The position numbers and the translations under genes were made by a program. From contig OX597817.1 in NCBI GenBank assembly GCA_951406725.2, positions 27,466,001 through 27,530,000 on the forward strand: a stretch of DNA of 64,000 nucleotides, written 5' to 3'. Of the stretch, positions 1-13,052 are shown in pieces; position 1 is the stretch's first letter; each line of letters starts with the position of its first letter. This DNA comes from Octopus vulgaris. Taxonomy: Eukaryota. A model generated the notes under the pieces. That model was given only the letters and a program-made list of their open reading frames with translations, made no database searches and was not told where the DNA came from.

Positions 1-31
<31 letters not shown>

Positions 32-2970
32 TATGCACATATACATATCTCTCTTGTATTTCGCATACATACATGAAATCAGCTCGTGAGAAAATAAGAT
101 CATTTCCAAGATACCCTATGTCCGTCCGTGCAAAGTGCCAAGAATCCAAGAAGTTCCTGTGCTTGAGGTTGTTTTAAGTGGATAAGTTGTACAGCACTGA
201 GTCGATTTTTCAGCACAATCAGCTATATGTGACCTACAAAATCAACAGCACAACGGAGGATGAAACGGCCAGAAGCCAACTGCACTTCAGGTTTTTCTAT
301 TCGAGTTTACCATCTAGAGAAATGCTCTAACAAGAATTAGGATTCCTTAACTCCCAGTGATTTACATGCTCTTTAACCCATAGCTAGGACCCTAAGAGGT
401 GCTACAATTTTCAGTCAGAGTAGACTTGTGAACAACAGTGATAAAGAAGTGGTTCCGGTCTCCTCAAATTCCTGGCGCTTCCGTATGAGGGCCCCACAAC
501 CTGATGTACATTAAAGTCATACTAGGACATATATACATACATACGTATGCACACGGGCACCTTTGTGTCTGTACGCTCGATATGCTGGAGCAGACACATG
601 CACTATACTTTTGTTTGCATCTGTGTACGTGTGCATGCGTGCGAGTATTCCTGTGTTTGTGCGTGAATGTGCATTTAATGTTCCATAAACGTACACTTGT
701 TAAACAAAGATGTGTACAAAACATGTACACTCATAACACACACACATATATACGCACACATTCATGTATGCAGATGATACTAATAACATCGTATTCAAAT
801 AAGTATATATAAAATATATATATATTTTTTGTTGTTGTTATCCTAGAATTTTATATATATTTTTAACTGAAGATTATTGTTCGATTTAAATTCAATTAGT
901 TTGAAGCCTTTGATGTTCGCTATCTTTTCTTTTCCCCTACTTTTGTGTGATATATAAAATGAATACATCTTTTGCATTCAAGCAGTGAAGAGTTGCTAAT
1001 ATAAATATATCGCTGACAATTTGTTGTGAAGGAAATTCCAGCCAGCCAGTATTCCTGGCTTCGAATATCTCAGAATTTCAAACATTGGAAATCTAATTGA
1101 TAAAGATCGTTCATTTTTGCTCGATTGATTCCGCCAATGCTTCATTGTTGCTTCTTAGGGAAAATTACACCAATACATTACAGCAAAGAAGCTCCATAAA
1201 TAATTCCCAAGCAACCGTTTAACATTATATATCAACATATTTAAACCTTTTAACGATCTATATTCTTTCTCTGTCTATTCATTATACATCACAATGTTTA
1301 ATTTTACTACACTCTTTAAATTTTCTTTTTTTCTTTTTGTTTTGCTATAAATCGTTTCTTAACACTCTACTGTCTTTCTAAGAAATTATTAAAAACAATA
1401 AGAATCAATACAAAAATGAATATACATACATAATTTTATTCATACTTTTTTCTTCATCCAATCTCATCATTACTGCTCCAAGCTACCCTTTTACTTATTA
1501 TCAAGTCGTATCTAACACTATTTGGGTATTTCTTGTAACATTGTATTTTCTTTTTCTCATCATCCCTTCTGTGCTATTTCTTTTTCTTGTTCAACACTTG
1601 AAATTCTTCTCATCTTCGAAAGTCGCATTCTTTTTTTAATATTATCTTTACTCATCAGATTGCGGAGACGTATTTCAACAAATCACTCATTTGCCTCTAT
1701 TCTTCTCAAACGTCTTGCTCTACTTAATGTGATTTTTCTTCCTTTTAATTCTTCTATATATCACTGATCCAAATTGTTTTTCTATTCATAATACTGATAA
1801 TATAATAGAGATAACCCATAACAAAAAATCAGAACGCCTGTCTGTGTTAACATGCTCGGAGTTTCAGAAAGAACGTTAACCTTTTTCTAATTAAATAGCT
1901 ATCTTCATTGAATTTCTTGCATAATCATTTTAACACATTCGAAACTTTGTTTCACATATCTAACAAATTTCTTTTGTCGATTGTGAAAATTCATAGTGTA
2001 TCAATGTTTTCAGCTAGCCAACCGTAGCCATCGAGGAACTAGTAAGATCTCACCGAGTTAAAGTCATTGATGCAAAACTTCTGGTTATTAATGTTGTTGT
2101 TTTGACATCCGTTAGTTCTGAGAGAGTAAAACCATGAGCAAAAGTATTCCAGCCCTGAACATTCCATTTTTATTTCAGACAAGTATTTGGGCCGAGTATT
2201 TTTCGTCCACTCGTTTTACTGTTATTAAGGTTGTTGTAGTTTTCTTAAATCTCTTCGAGTATATTCAATATGTCTATATCTGTTCTATATAAACCCAGTG
2301 TGTCGTTATTACCGACTTACTGTTTTCATATTTAGGGACATGTCTACTATATCTGGGATGAAATTTATTTGCTATGCATTTGCTACTACGCAGAGCAAGG
2401 TGAGACATATGCCTACGCTATCTCACGGCTCGTAAAATGTTTAATTACTTACATTCACATAAACAGAGCCTTATATACATATATACAATTATACATGCAG
2501 ACATTCTAACACAGGCACACACACATCTATATACATATTATCAATATTACGTACTTGACGTATATGTATTTTTAAATACTTGTAGCTGCGATATCACGTC
2601 TGGAGGAAATCCATTTGAAGATGTTTCAGGTTATATAACATAGTACACTTTAAAGCTATGGGTAAAGAAACTGCCCTGGAGTGAAAGAAAACGACGGATT
2701 ACAATATTTCGCAGTTTTTGTGTTCATTTACATACAGACGCTTCGTGTCCGACACGAATTCATATCGTCAGCAAGAAGTATGTACAAACAATAAAGAAAG
2801 TCTACTTCTGATGTGCAAGAGTGTCGTGCATGTAAAACAAAGTTCAAATTTTGTCTTAGATGCAGCTCAATAATGTGAGGATTATCAGTTTAACATATCT
2901 AATGTAATGTTTGTGAGTTGTTACACGCTTGTGGCTGCAGTATTACGCCAGAAAGAGATCCATTTCAAGA

Positions 2971-4210
2971 AATAAGGGAATAAAATTCATCCCGACACCA
3001 CAAAACCCAAACAAAAATTAAAGCCAGAATGACGACCAGGTATTTTATAGAACCATACGCATTCGCAAAGCAATTAATGATGAATCAATGTTTCATAAGA
3101 GATGCAACTAACGTCCGAAAAAGTGCAGGAACAAATCTCTAAACAAAATTTGAAATTTTGTAACCACATTTCTTTATGATTTACTTCTGCATCAAAAATT
3201 TAAATCAAATTCAACTGAAAAGAAAGGGTGGGGGTCATAAATGAGCTGAAGGGTGATCACAGTATAATTATCAAAGAAGCTTATGAAGCTGTAGTTATTA
3301 TGGACTTGGAGCATAGCATAAATGTTACTCCAGCTCTACTTTGAGACTACACCTGTTATGAAAAGGCAAGCAATTATCAACGATCCAAATCCAAAGTAAT
3401 GAAGAAATCTATGACCTTCTTTCAGTTCCAAAAAGACAAAAGAAAAGTCATTAACACTACACATAAGGAAAGTAATAACTGAAGCATGTAGAAGATCAAC
3501 TATCATATCTCAACGATATCAAATTAAGACCATTTGTAGCAGGCTGGGAAATATATAGACTCAATAACTTTACTTACTCATAAAACCCATTCTTAAAAAT
3601 ATACACAGCCTCATAAGAAATAATGTAGACTTTCTAACTTTTCCCTCTGATGCAGTAAATCTCCAAGCCACAATTTCATACGCATACAGAATATAAGCTG
3701 TACAATTCTGGCGAGAAAATTTCCCAAACGACCTCTCTGAACAAATAGGGAGATATTTATCACTAAAGGATTAAAGTGCGTCCTACAAAATAATTTCTTT
3801 GATTTTATCTACAGCACCTAGAGACAAATATCTGGGACAGCAACAGTGACGAATGTAGCCCCCACATTTCCTATCCTTATTATGGTATACTTAGAAGTCT
3901 AAATATACGAACACGGCAGGCCGAAATTATTCGGTGAAAACTTCTAGACTTACCTACTGGCCAGTTTTAAAAACCTAACCTGGACGATTGTTTCCATCCT
4001 GTGGCTATACATTGTGAATACACTCTTGGAGTTTAAATTCTTTAAAGCGTAAACCACAATATCCAATTCCCAATGAAATACAGTCAAAAATAGTTACTTT
4101 GCTTTGACATCTTACTCATAAATACAGATACAGTTATTGAAACCGACATCTACTTTAAGCCAACAGACTCTAAACAATATCTGCAATTTTCTTACGGCCA
4201 TCCAAAACAT
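2971..4210 (+). mobile_element. Decayed Penelope-like element (PLE) reverse transcriptase ORF remnant
   Basis: Hand translation gives PLE-RT motifs in the expected order, broken by stops and frameshifts: NKGIKFIPTP (2971-3000), IIKEAYEAVVIMD (~3267-3305, cf. IIKxADKGxAVVIMD), RQISGTATVTNVAPTF (~3822-3870, cf. GTAMGxxxAPxYA), LDDCF (3980-3994, cf. RYxDDxF) and IETDIYFKPTDSKQYLQFSYGHPKH (4136-4210). Confidence 0.85.
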
Positions 4211-4282
4211 GATATATCGAATAAGGTAAAATTCGTGGTACGACCTATCTCATCTCTCAATATATTTAAAGAAATATATTTA

Positions 4283-4339
4283 GATAAATAGATAGAGAGA
4301 GAGAGAGAGACAGAGAGAGACAGAGACAGACAGACATAC

Positions 4340-4420
<81 letters not shown>
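4283..4420. repeat. Compound (GA)n/(GACA)n/(GATA)n microsatellite
   Basis: Directly visible tandem repeats. Confidence 0.95.
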
Positions 4421-6067
4421 TTACTAAATAATTTTAAAACGTATGACTAACAACCAGCCGGCTCTAGTTTTTGCTTTGTTCCCAGGTTTGTCTTACAGAG
4501 CAGACTTATGACTAGATATCAAACCATGACCATTTCGCATCTTAATTATTTGATTCTAAATAGAACTACACTGTATAATGTGATATCTTCCTGTTGTAAG
4601 GTGAGTGTGCAGTTAAAGCGATTTTTCTGGGCTTTTCTTTCTTTTGCTATTTTAGCAAAGAAATCTTAATGATCGTAGAATGACAAGATATGCACTTTCG
4701 TAATTCAACATAAAAATTTGATTGCTAGACACTCATATTACAAGAGAGCTTACAGAAAAATAGTAAAAGAAGTACAATTTAGATTAATCTATCCCTTATC
4801 TGCTACTCTATGGGCAAAGTACACATGTGAAAATACATTCATGAAATTACCAAAGAAACACACTTCTGGAAATCGCTGAAAAAGCATTTTCCTAAAATGA
4901 GAACAAACACTTACCAGAGAGTAGATTATATTTCTTAATTTCTTCGTCAGAAATCTTACACTATAAAACAAAAAGTGATAACGAGAGAGCGTCTTTTTTT
5001 ATGAATCCTAAAGCTAAATCCGTTAGATGTAGTGTGTAAATAATTACATTGACGCCGCCGAGAATAACAGAAACTGGGGGAATGAATCAAGTGCAGGTAT
5101 TTAAGAAGTGAACTGCTTCAGAGAAGAAAAAGAACGTTAGTGTTTTATAGCACCTTATAACTGGTTATAAATATAATAGAGCTGCAACAGTTGCAGAAGT
5201 GTTAATTCAGTTTGAATTGTTCATATCGCGATATTTACATTTAAGGGAGTGAGGGTGGATGTTTGATGCGAAGATATATGAATAACAGAATAGTTGGCCA
5301 ATTTGCATTGGCGAAAAGAATGTACACGTTTTGAACACATGATATGATTGAATTACAAACAAAACTCTGTTGGCAGTTGTTGAAAGAAATCTGCAATAGT
5401 AGTATTGAAATAAGAAAGCATTGTGATTAAATGCCTATGTAAAATCGGAAAGAGCGATGTACGTCAATGGAGATTATGCAATATGCAGATAGGTAGAGAT
5501 ATAGTGTAGTGCAAGTACATTTGGTAACTTGGGAAAATTGATACTTCTATGGTAATGATAATAGTAATTATATACGTGTGAATGAGAGAGAGAGTGGGTA
5601 TGCATATGTGTGTATATACCTATTGTCGGTGTATGCGTATATTTATACATATATAAATATATAATAATTCTTATCACACACACACGCACACACACACACA
5701 CCCATACACACGCATACAACATACAAACATAAACTTAGAAGAGAAAGAGATTTCTCCATCTCTTTCATTGAAGCTTTCGATTATATATTATCAATATTTA
5801 CTGCTATTGCCTCTTAAAGTTGGCTATAAATGGAATAAATATTTTACGCATATATATTTATTATTAATTTTTCAGCTTTTAGAAAATCTGAAATAACACA
5901 TAAAATCATGGTAACCAATAATATCGCGAATTCCTTATCAGTATGACGGTTATTGTAATGAAATATATCTATCGTTTCAACGCAGTTCAAGAATTGATCA
6001 ATATTTCATAATAGATAAAACTTTAATCATCATTATCCTATCGTTTTTAATTTAATAAGTTTGTATA

Positions 6068-6320
<253 letters not shown>

Positions 6321-6890
6321 AATTTATACTCACATCTATTATCATTACCCTTTTTCCTTTCTTTCATTATTGAAATCCTTTGTTTCTCTTTCGCTGGATG
6401 TAATTTCAAATTGAAATTTGAACTTGGATCTAATTCCATAAATAAACAGATATTTATCTTTGGATTCAAATTTGGATTGTAGTTTTATTCTGAGACTTTA
6501 ATTACTCTCTTTTCATTCAAATTCTTTTCATGGTTATCGAAACAGAGATATCACAATCATTTTGCGTTTGAACATTCAAAATTTTTTTAATATATGACTT
6601 TATGCTAGACCGAGATTCAAAGCTCCTAGCTCTGCCTGTCCATCTCGTAATCGTTGTGAAATGCTTTCCTCTATGGTTGTAAAATGTGGTCTTTTGTTTT
6701 AAGCATAGAAATATGCGGCAAGTTGCCTTTCTTACTTTCAGTACATGTTTATTATTTAAAAAATCAAAAATGTTTCTTTGTCAAGATAAATCAGGAAAAC
6801 GCTTTCACTACCAACCTTAACTAGTTATTCACTGAAGCTCTGCATATAAATATTAACTAAAATGTAATTTTCAATTGCTTTTACATTAAA

Positions 6891-7227
6891 CTAGCAGTAT
6901 CGCCCGGCGTTGCTCGGGTTTGTTTCGACCCTTTAGAATTGGAATTTTCGCAAAGTAAAACTTTTGCATTATGTAGCTTGTTATTCTCTTTAACTGAACA
7001 TTTTTCTGGTTGATATACACCGAAAAATGGCGACACAGCAGTAAAAAAAATTTGATGTAAATAATTTTTGGAGTTAACATGGTTCGATTTGAATTTTTCT
7101 TCTACGGAAGGATGAGCAAGCCTTCTTCTATCATATTCTCAATTTTGGTCAACTTGCGTCGCAGGGTCTCTGAGGAGATAGTGTTAGCTGCCATACACAG
7201 ACAACTTCAGCTTTAGATATAGAGAGA
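6891..7227 (-). mobile_element. Non-autonomous Helitron (~337 bp)
   Basis: Minus strand starts TCTCTCTATATCTAAAGCTGAAGTTGTCTGTGT and ends with the hairpin CCCGAGCAACGCCGGG, 8 nt, then CTAG. Inserted between A and T with no TSD. Confidence 0.8.
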
Positions 7228-9899
7228 TTGATATCATTGTATATGACTTCACCTTCCTAGAGAAAAACTCTGTTGTTTACAATCGTTAGAACTCCATTTA
7301 TAAAATCTCGTTGATAGCTGAACTATCCAGAAAAATGAAGCGCTGAACATATTGCTTGGCAATATTTTGTTCTCTTGGCGCCGATCAAGTTCTACCATAG
7401 CTGACGTCAAATTTTATCCTAAAGATATCTATTGAATAATTTCCTCACAATTATTGGTACCCGTGTAATATACTCTGTCCCACTGTCAATATCTGTATGC
7501 ATATGGTAAAATCGTTACCTATTCTAATAGTGGAAGATGGAAACAGGTGAAGTTTCAGGCAAAATAATTTACAATATTAGTCATGTATTTTTACATTAAA
7601 GTTCATATCCAGCTCGACTTGACTTTCATTTTCATATTCCCACGAGCATTAAAACAATGGAAGCTAATCTTATCGATTATAAACGTGTAACACTGTGCAA
7701 TTATAAGAAATCCTTTATTTCGATATGAGCTTCCTGTTATTCTAGTGTATTTGTGAATACACTAGGAATAAAGTGTGAAGAAACGTTCCTTTTTAATATA
7801 GGAATCTAATAGCAAATATTAAATTTTCTGGAAAATATAATAGCACTGTTGTGTTATGTAATTTGAGTCATTCATTTTTATTTTGTTTGGCCCTAAGCGT
7901 GGCCCTTCAAGACATGCAAACTTAATTATGATAATATTTATTCATGCAAATTATATTTTGCATAAATTTCTCAGTAATTTATACTATATTTACTATTGTT
8001 ACGGTTAAGCCCTTTTTAGGAATTCTCACTAATATTCACAGACAAATCTAACTTTCATGCTTCATATCCCTGCAGAAAATTCATCGTAATTGCCTAACTG
8101 TAGATATTTATATCACAATTGATAGACGAAACCTTTTGTCAACCAATCTTATTTTATTCTCATAGTTACAAAAGGGATGATAAACTTTACTAGACAAAAT
8201 TACGAATGCAAGTATTACTATATTAGTTGTATTACTATCACTGAAATATCTAATGGATATAATTCGCTCTAACATTTGTATTGAAATTTGTAATAAAACA
8301 CAATAGTTGAAAGTTTGAGATGGTTTGCTCCTGACGAAATATAAATAAAAACCTGCAGGAAGCAAGTTTTGTTCACTTGACGTAGACAGGTTTGAATTCT
8401 TGATCACTGCATTATGCAATTTGCCTGATTCATGTTATAATTTTTTTTCCACTGATAGTGTGATTTTATTTGATGCATCAGTTGGTATATGGCGCTTCTG
8501 CATTCGGTTTAGAATTAAATAATTCAATATATTTGTTCTAATACATATAAGTGTATATATCTTATTAGCAGTGTCAGTAGAAAGGGGCAAAAATCATGAC
8601 CTTTTGCAGGACTCTTTGAGACCAGATATAAGCATAGTAGACAAGCGTATCCAGACAGTGTTTAAAGGTTACAAAACGGCTTAGCTACCAAGTATTTGAT
8701 TTACGTGTAGGGGAATTCCAAACACGTTTTGTGGATCGCTACCTCAACAGCTCCCTTATAGGATCCAGTGCCTAAAGACATCATCAGGAGAAACCATGTC
8801 CGGTCTCGGCCCCTACTCCTCTTAAATAATATAGAGAATGTGTAAATTCTAATCCAGATTGAGATTTCTAAGCAATTTGACAAATTGAAATTTAAGCCAA
8901 AGTTTACCGCATGCGTGCTTGGTTCGCTTCATGAAAACGCAAAGCGCATTTTGCTTTACTGCTTTTCGCTTTTGCTTCATTGTTGCTTCAGTAAAAAAAA
9001 TGTTGCTTGAGTGGAAGAGCAGAAAGAGTTTAGCACACATATTTTCCAGTTAAGGGAATTCCTTATTCCAATAATGATCCATGTATTATATAGCGAAATA
9101 AAGGTAAACGTTCAGGAGACCCCAATAGATAGTCATATCTAGTTTTGCTAATCCGCCTTTGCTGTGTATCCCCGTAAAGTATGCCTAAAACTGAATCGTC
9201 TACAATATGAGAATTATAAAGCACAGGTATATAATTGGATTTTCGATATACACTTTTATAGCTGCGACATTTTTCTTTTCCTTCCTTCTTTTCTCTAAGT
9301 GAGGAAAAAACATCTATGGCTTTTGAAGTTGAATTCAACAAGCCTTTAGATAAGTTGCAAATCTTAGCTAAAAGATTATGTATATGTTACATATATATTC
9401 TAAGTGAATTAGTAAAAGATATGCTGCTTCTTTTGTTTTATTGCATGGAATTATCTATTTCAATTGCATCATTTAAATAGGATTCATATAAAACTTTGAC
9501 AACATAAAAATTTGTAAAGGATTTAATGCTGTCTGGAGACAAGATTTACACAGATGATTCTTCAGTAGAAAGAAAGTGGAATTAAATATACGCAAACACA
9601 GTCATTTCATTAAATAATTATTGAAATGATTATATCAATATATTCTTCACATAGAAAGGTTGTTTTGATTTTAATCTTACCAAGGTCGAATTTGTTCCTG
9701 ACTACAAGACATCGAATAAAATACAGAATTTACTACCTTATTGAGTATTTGCATATTTCATCAATACACACGAAATTATTACTAGGTTCATAATAATGTG
9801 TGCATAATTAGGACCCATTTGCCCAATGTATAACTCTCCTATATAGAACCGAAAGATATGTCAACTTAAGCAGCTGCTGATACCCAGGAAGTCTCAATC

Positions 9900-10230
9900 C
9901 AAATACTGCTACCACATTCGGAACGATGATGCTGCTATGTTCACTGACTTACCGAAAGGGGTCACTCGGTGATTGCCACTTTATCGCTAGTGGAGACAAT
10001 CCAGCCTCCGGCCTTCAAAAGTTCTGTCATATACATCGTTATTATAATGAGCTTCTGGGAGCTGGCTGTTCTGATATTTCCACCACTCATCTCTCCATTT
10101 ATCGGCTACCAAGGTGCCGCTAACTCTTTTTCCCGCAACAACCCTTATGCTCAGTACTTCGTCCTCAGAACTTCGTCCCCTGAAATTTTCTCCTGGCTCA
10201 TGTCTAAACTGTTAGTGTTGACCTACAAAT
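9900..10230 (+). mobile_element. Highly decayed LINE (Jockey/Daphne/CR1-group) RT C-terminal remnant
   Basis: Frame-broken traces HRYYNELL...ELA and ANSF(F)PxT resemble the conserved FYRYYxGxCSxEL...NSFFPRT tail of these RTs. Confidence 0.4.
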
Positions 10231-10703
10231 GGTTATCGGTACATTTATGGTTGCACCATTCTCACAAAGCCTTGCTTATACCCTTCCTACAAACGCAATA
10301 AATGGAATATGTATACATATATTCACACAGGCAAATATATTCACATATGTTTTTATATACATGTGTGTATGTAGCTGCGTGCATGTATATATATATATAT
10401 GAAACATTTGTTTAATTGTACTTAATAAAAACATATATCACTTAATGTAGTGATCATTGCAAGACCTGAGATATCTCGAGCATCTGATTAGTAGATTAGA
10501 AAAGTTCGTTCGCAGTTCAGGGTCTGAACTGTTTTACAATATAATATCTTATGGTGCCTTCTATTATAACTATATTTTCTGATACCACTCTCTGATAAAA
10601 TTATAGCAACTATCTATTGTCTTACACTCCTTTTCCGCAGTCATTTTTGTTTTGCCTCCAATTCTTTATTTTTTACGTCGACGTTTTCCTCTGAGCTAAG
10701 TTG

Positions 10704-11615
10704 TCTATAATACATTAAAAGTGAGGTTGAATCTTGCTTGCTTGCCTGCTGCTTGCTGACAATGATAGCCAGACAAACTGGCGCAGAATGGGAACATACT
10801 ATGAATTAAAATCCCCCGAGATGTGAATACGAACGGAATCAAACAAATTTCGCGTAAATCGGACAAGTGATTGTTGAGATTAGGGGTTTCCGGCGGTATA
10901 AATTCCCGGAACGGTGCATAATGGGAAAATATTCCGCAAATAACTTAACCCTGAAAGGGAAGAAACTCTTACCTTTCGATTAGACACAGTGACTTGACAA
11001 CGATAAAATACCATTTGTTCTTATTTTAGCTTTTGTTAAACACAATATTTTAATCATTTAGAAATGTTTTTAAGTGAATGTGATTTCAAACATGTAAGTT
11101 GTTTGTACAGTATTTATATTTTAGCTCTCTTTAAATAGACAATATTTTTATGCTTTCTGAAAATATTTTCAAGTGAATACCATTAGAGAACTTTTTTTTT
11201 GGTATATTTAAAAAGTATTTTAAAGTGAAAATGACTTTTAAAAAGCAGTAAATATTTCGAAGAAGATCCGTTCTTAATCTCAAGGACAAATAATTTTTTT
11301 CAATAGGATTTTTTCAAGAGCGTTCAACGTATCTCACCTCCAAGGTGTGGCTGCTATTTCTAGCAGACCCTGCTACCACGTAATAGCTATTTGCGATAAA
11401 GCACTCGAAATACTTGTTACGTAGTAGCAAGGTGTGCAAGAAATAGCAGCCAAATCATTCTTTTTCTGAAGAAAGGAGCTGTTTACGCGTGATTTCGATG
11501 CCACATTCGTTGAAAGCATGCGAAATAACCCGGAAGGGGGGAAAACACGGAACAGAAGCCCATTGCTGGGAAACTCAGACTTTCCCGGTGACCAAACGGG
11601 TCACGGGTTGTCTAG
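10704..11615 (+). mobile_element. Probable non-autonomous Helitron
   Basis: 5' TCTATAATACATTAAAAG followed by (CTTG)n; 3' hairpin CCCGGTGACC-AAAC-GGGTCACGGG followed by TTGT-CTAG|T (11612-11615). That both ends belong to one element is inferred. Confidence 0.55.
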
Positions 11616-11652
11616 TATTACCATATAATTCAATTCCCTTTCCCTTGTATAT

Positions 11653-12038
11653 TGGAAGCACTCCGTCGGTTACGACGACGAGGGTTCCGGTTGATCCGAA
11701 TCAACGGAACAATCTGCTCGTGAAATTAACGTGTAAGTGGCTGAACACTCCACAGACACGTGTACCCTTAACGTAGTTCTCGGGGATATTCAGCGTGACA
11801 CAGAGAGTGACAAGGCCGGCCCTTTGAAATACAGGTACAACAGAAACGGGAAGTAAGAGTGAGAGAAAGTTGTGGTGAAAGAGTACAGCAGGGATCACCA
11901 CCATACCCTGCCGGAGCCTCGTGGAGCTTTAGGTGTTATCGCTCAATAAACGCTCAGAAAAGAGTGGTCTGGGAATCGAAACCGTGATCCTATGACCGCG
12001 AGTCGGCTGCCCTAACCACTGGGTCACTGCGCCTCCAC
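11653..12038 (-). mobile_element. tRNA-derived SINE, family A copy 1 (octopus OR-type SINE-like)
   Basis: Reverse complement of the copies at 12692 and 20571. tRNA-like head with A box (TGACCCAGTGG) and B box (GTTTCGATTCC). 11-bp TSD CCCTTGTATAT at 11642-11652 and 12039-12049. Confidence 0.92.
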
Positions 12039-12691
12039 CCCTTGTATATAAATATCCTCTCTTAACAATATAACAGCAGTCGTTTACTATTCACGCACAT
12101 AAAATACAGTAAAATATTACACAGCTAAACATATTTTCCATGTTTCTATCTCATTCTGTTCTCCACATCTGTTTCTCTTACCTTCACTCGATCCATGTGT
12201 CTCGTTGATTTTCTCTGTTTCCTCACTGTGAAACTAGTTTATATTTAGCTTACATCCAGGGGTTTACTCAATCGTCACATTCTTTTATGCATTTTAAAAT
12301 TTGGTTTCTTTATGTCTTAACAGTGTTTCGTTTCATTGCTACAGATTACTAGAAACCATATCTGCTGTAGAATATATCTATACACGTTATGAAAAGGATA
12401 TTAAACACTCTGAACTCTATAGAAATTTAATGGTTCCAATTTTTGACACAAGGCCACTATTTCATTACTAAGTTAATAATTGATCTAGCTGCCTAGAAAA
12501 AAATTTAAATATGCAAATTGGCTAATCCAGGTTATTGCAAATCTTAATATTACTTGTTTTATAAGTGGATAATGAAAGTTACTAACGAAGAACCTAATGA
12601 GAGTCAAAACGTACGTACAACTATTTCCATGTTTCTCTGACCACGTATATATTATATAGCCTCATTGTTTACAACCGTAGTATTACACAGT

Positions 12692-13052
12692 CGAGGCGCA
12701 ATGGCCCAGTGGTTAGGGCAGCGGACTCGCGGTCGTAGGATCGCGGTTTCGATTACCAGACGGGGCGATGTGAGTGTTTATTGAGCGAAAACACCTAAAG
12801 CTCCACGAGGCTCCGGCAGGGATGGTGGTGATCCCTGCTGTACTCTTTCACCACAACTTTCCCTCACTCTTACTTCATATTTCTGTTGTACCTGTATTTC
12901 AAAGGGCCGGCCTTGTCACTCTCTGTGTCACGCTGAATATCTCCGAGAACTGCGTTAAGGGTACACGTGTCGTTAATTTCACGAGCAGGCTGTTCCGTTG
13001 ATCGAATCAACCGGAACCCTCGTCGTCGTAACCGACGGAGTGCTTCCATCCC
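12692..13052 (+). mobile_element. tRNA-derived SINE, family A copy 2
   Basis: Head GAGGCGCAATGGCCCAGTGGTTAGGGCAGCGGACTCGCGGTCGTAGGATCGCGGTTTCGATT. 13-bp TSD AGTATTACACAGT at 12679-12691 and 13053-13065. Short internal deletion after GGTACACGTGTC relative to the other copies. Confidence 0.92.

Noticed and set aside
2730-2776. Minus-strand CTGACGA with a nearby palindrome upstream of the PLE RT
   Set aside because: GAAG instead of GAAA and no consistent stem I; too degenerate to call.
8760-8800. Minus-strand CTGATGA plus a small hairpin
   Set aside because: No GAAA follows.
12693-12765. tRNA-like sequence
   Set aside because: It is the head of a SINE, with no complete acceptor stem, and continues into the SINE body.
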